Assembly (NCBI GenBank): GCA_003990765.1 | Contig: RBNJ01000166.1 | Span: 1 to 38,204 of the forward strand | Direction: 5' to 3' | DNA: 38,204 bases | DNA from: Jimgerdemannia flammicorona | Taxonomy: Eukaryota | Shown: in pieces, positions 37,301 to 38,204 of the stretch | How positions within the stretch are numbered: position 1 is the stretch's first letter | Layout of the letters: every line of letters begins with the position of its first letter | The notes under the pieces: generated by a model | Seen by the model: only the letters and a program-made list of their open reading frames with translations | Told to the model about the DNA's origin: nothing | Database searches by the model: none | Position numbers and translations under genes: made by a program

Positions 37301-38204
37301 TCAAGGGTCCTCCAGGGATCTGCTCCCTTTGGTGGGGCTGACTGGAGTTTGAAGGCTGTGGTTCAAGGGCTTTTGGTGGGGAGTGGCTGATGGAGTACAT
37401 TGAATTGGCCTGCGCTGGCAAGGTAATGAGGGGGAGGCAGTGTGGGGGCCTAATATATGACATTGGGATAGACTGCTCCTGGGGGGTACTCCACTGGCTG
37501 CTTTTGATATCGGGGAGGGTGTAGAGTGTCAGCAGGGGCTGGGCCAGGATCTTTGGCCAAGTGGCTGGCAGGCAGTTGGAATCGGAGAGGAGCGGGACTG
37601 GGCAGGTATCTGGTCTTGGAGTGCAGAGGTACAGCAGTGGCTTCCTCCCAAGTTCTGGGTGGTGTGGTGGAGAATGTTGCGGAGGAATGTCATGCTGAAT
37701 TTCCACTCAGAACATTTAGTAGAGGGTGGACAATTTGACTGCGAGGAGTGTTACAATGTGGGGCAAGCTGGGGGTCATATACAGATGCTAGAACATTGGC
37801 TAGGGGAGTGTGAGGTGTTGGGGGAATTTTGAGCTGAAATAGGAGATAGGCTGGGTGTGGGGCGTCGGCTGGTATGGGAGGGGGGTCACTGGGAGGACTT
37901 AAGATCTCAACTTATGAGTGGGATGGGCGATAGTTGGCTCACTGTAGGGTGGGTGTTAGCAGTATGGGTGGGACTGGTGGGACATTGGCTTTTTGTATTT
38001 GAGGAAGGGCAGCAGTTGGGGCTGCGAGAGAAGGTGTTAAGGTGGGAGGAGCTGGTGGTGGATCTGCTGACTGGATGGTGGGTGGGTTGGAGTCCTCAGA
38101 GGGGACAACATCACAGTTTGGTGGTAAGGATCTGTGAGCAGAGTGGTGGGAGGATGGGGATAGTGTTCGACAAAGTGGTCTTTCATAGGGAAGGAGTAGG
38201 GGGG

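Larger units (their letters stand above)
28273..38204 (+). mobile_element. L1/Tx1-clade LINE, near full length, running off the window end; interrupted at 30590-34718
   Basis: Abrupt switch to G-rich sequence, with ORF1 followed by ORF2 (APE endonuclease, RT, CCHC). Confidence 0.93.
30419..38204 (+). pseudogene. LINE ORF2 (APE endonuclease-reverse transcriptase), split by an LTR insertion
   Basis: MNSTINIFSLNVNGLRG; after the insertion SYYCP, SGDFN, RIDWIL, SDH; RT motifs QQGF, FLDQEKAYDRV, GVPQGDPLSP, FADD; CEEC..H..C near 37740-37812. A 19-bp tandem duplication at 36075-36112 causes a frameshift. Confidence 0.95.

Overview
Eukaryotic, probably fungal, transposon-dense region. The fungal call is inferred from TE families, short GT-AG introns and extreme CpG loss. 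No intact host gene is seen. The window is a deep stack of nested, C>T-degraded elements. An old hAT transposase (12439-21938, - strand) is interrupted or flanked by: (i) a non-autonomous Gag-dUTPase-protease-chromodomain LTR element, family A (5967-12438, -), which carries a U6 snRNA retrocopy in one LTR and is cut by a second hAT in the other; (ii) a 464-bp solo LTR; (iii) a full-length Ty3/Gypsy element with dUTPase and an extra 3' ORF (14235-20962); (iv) a second family-A copy (21939->27215). The 3' LTR of that copy holds another family-A LTR, which holds an L1/Tx1-like LINE (28273->38204), which holds a 2.06-kb solo LTR that in turn holds an inverted copy of itself. Top leads: the second hAT (<1-5966) appears to carry a TET/JBP-like dioxygenase cargo gene; the family A/B LTRs carry protein-coding cassettes in U3 that differ between variants; and a Cys/His module sits next to dUTPase in two LTR lineages. 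All calls come from reading the sequence by eye; no searches were run.
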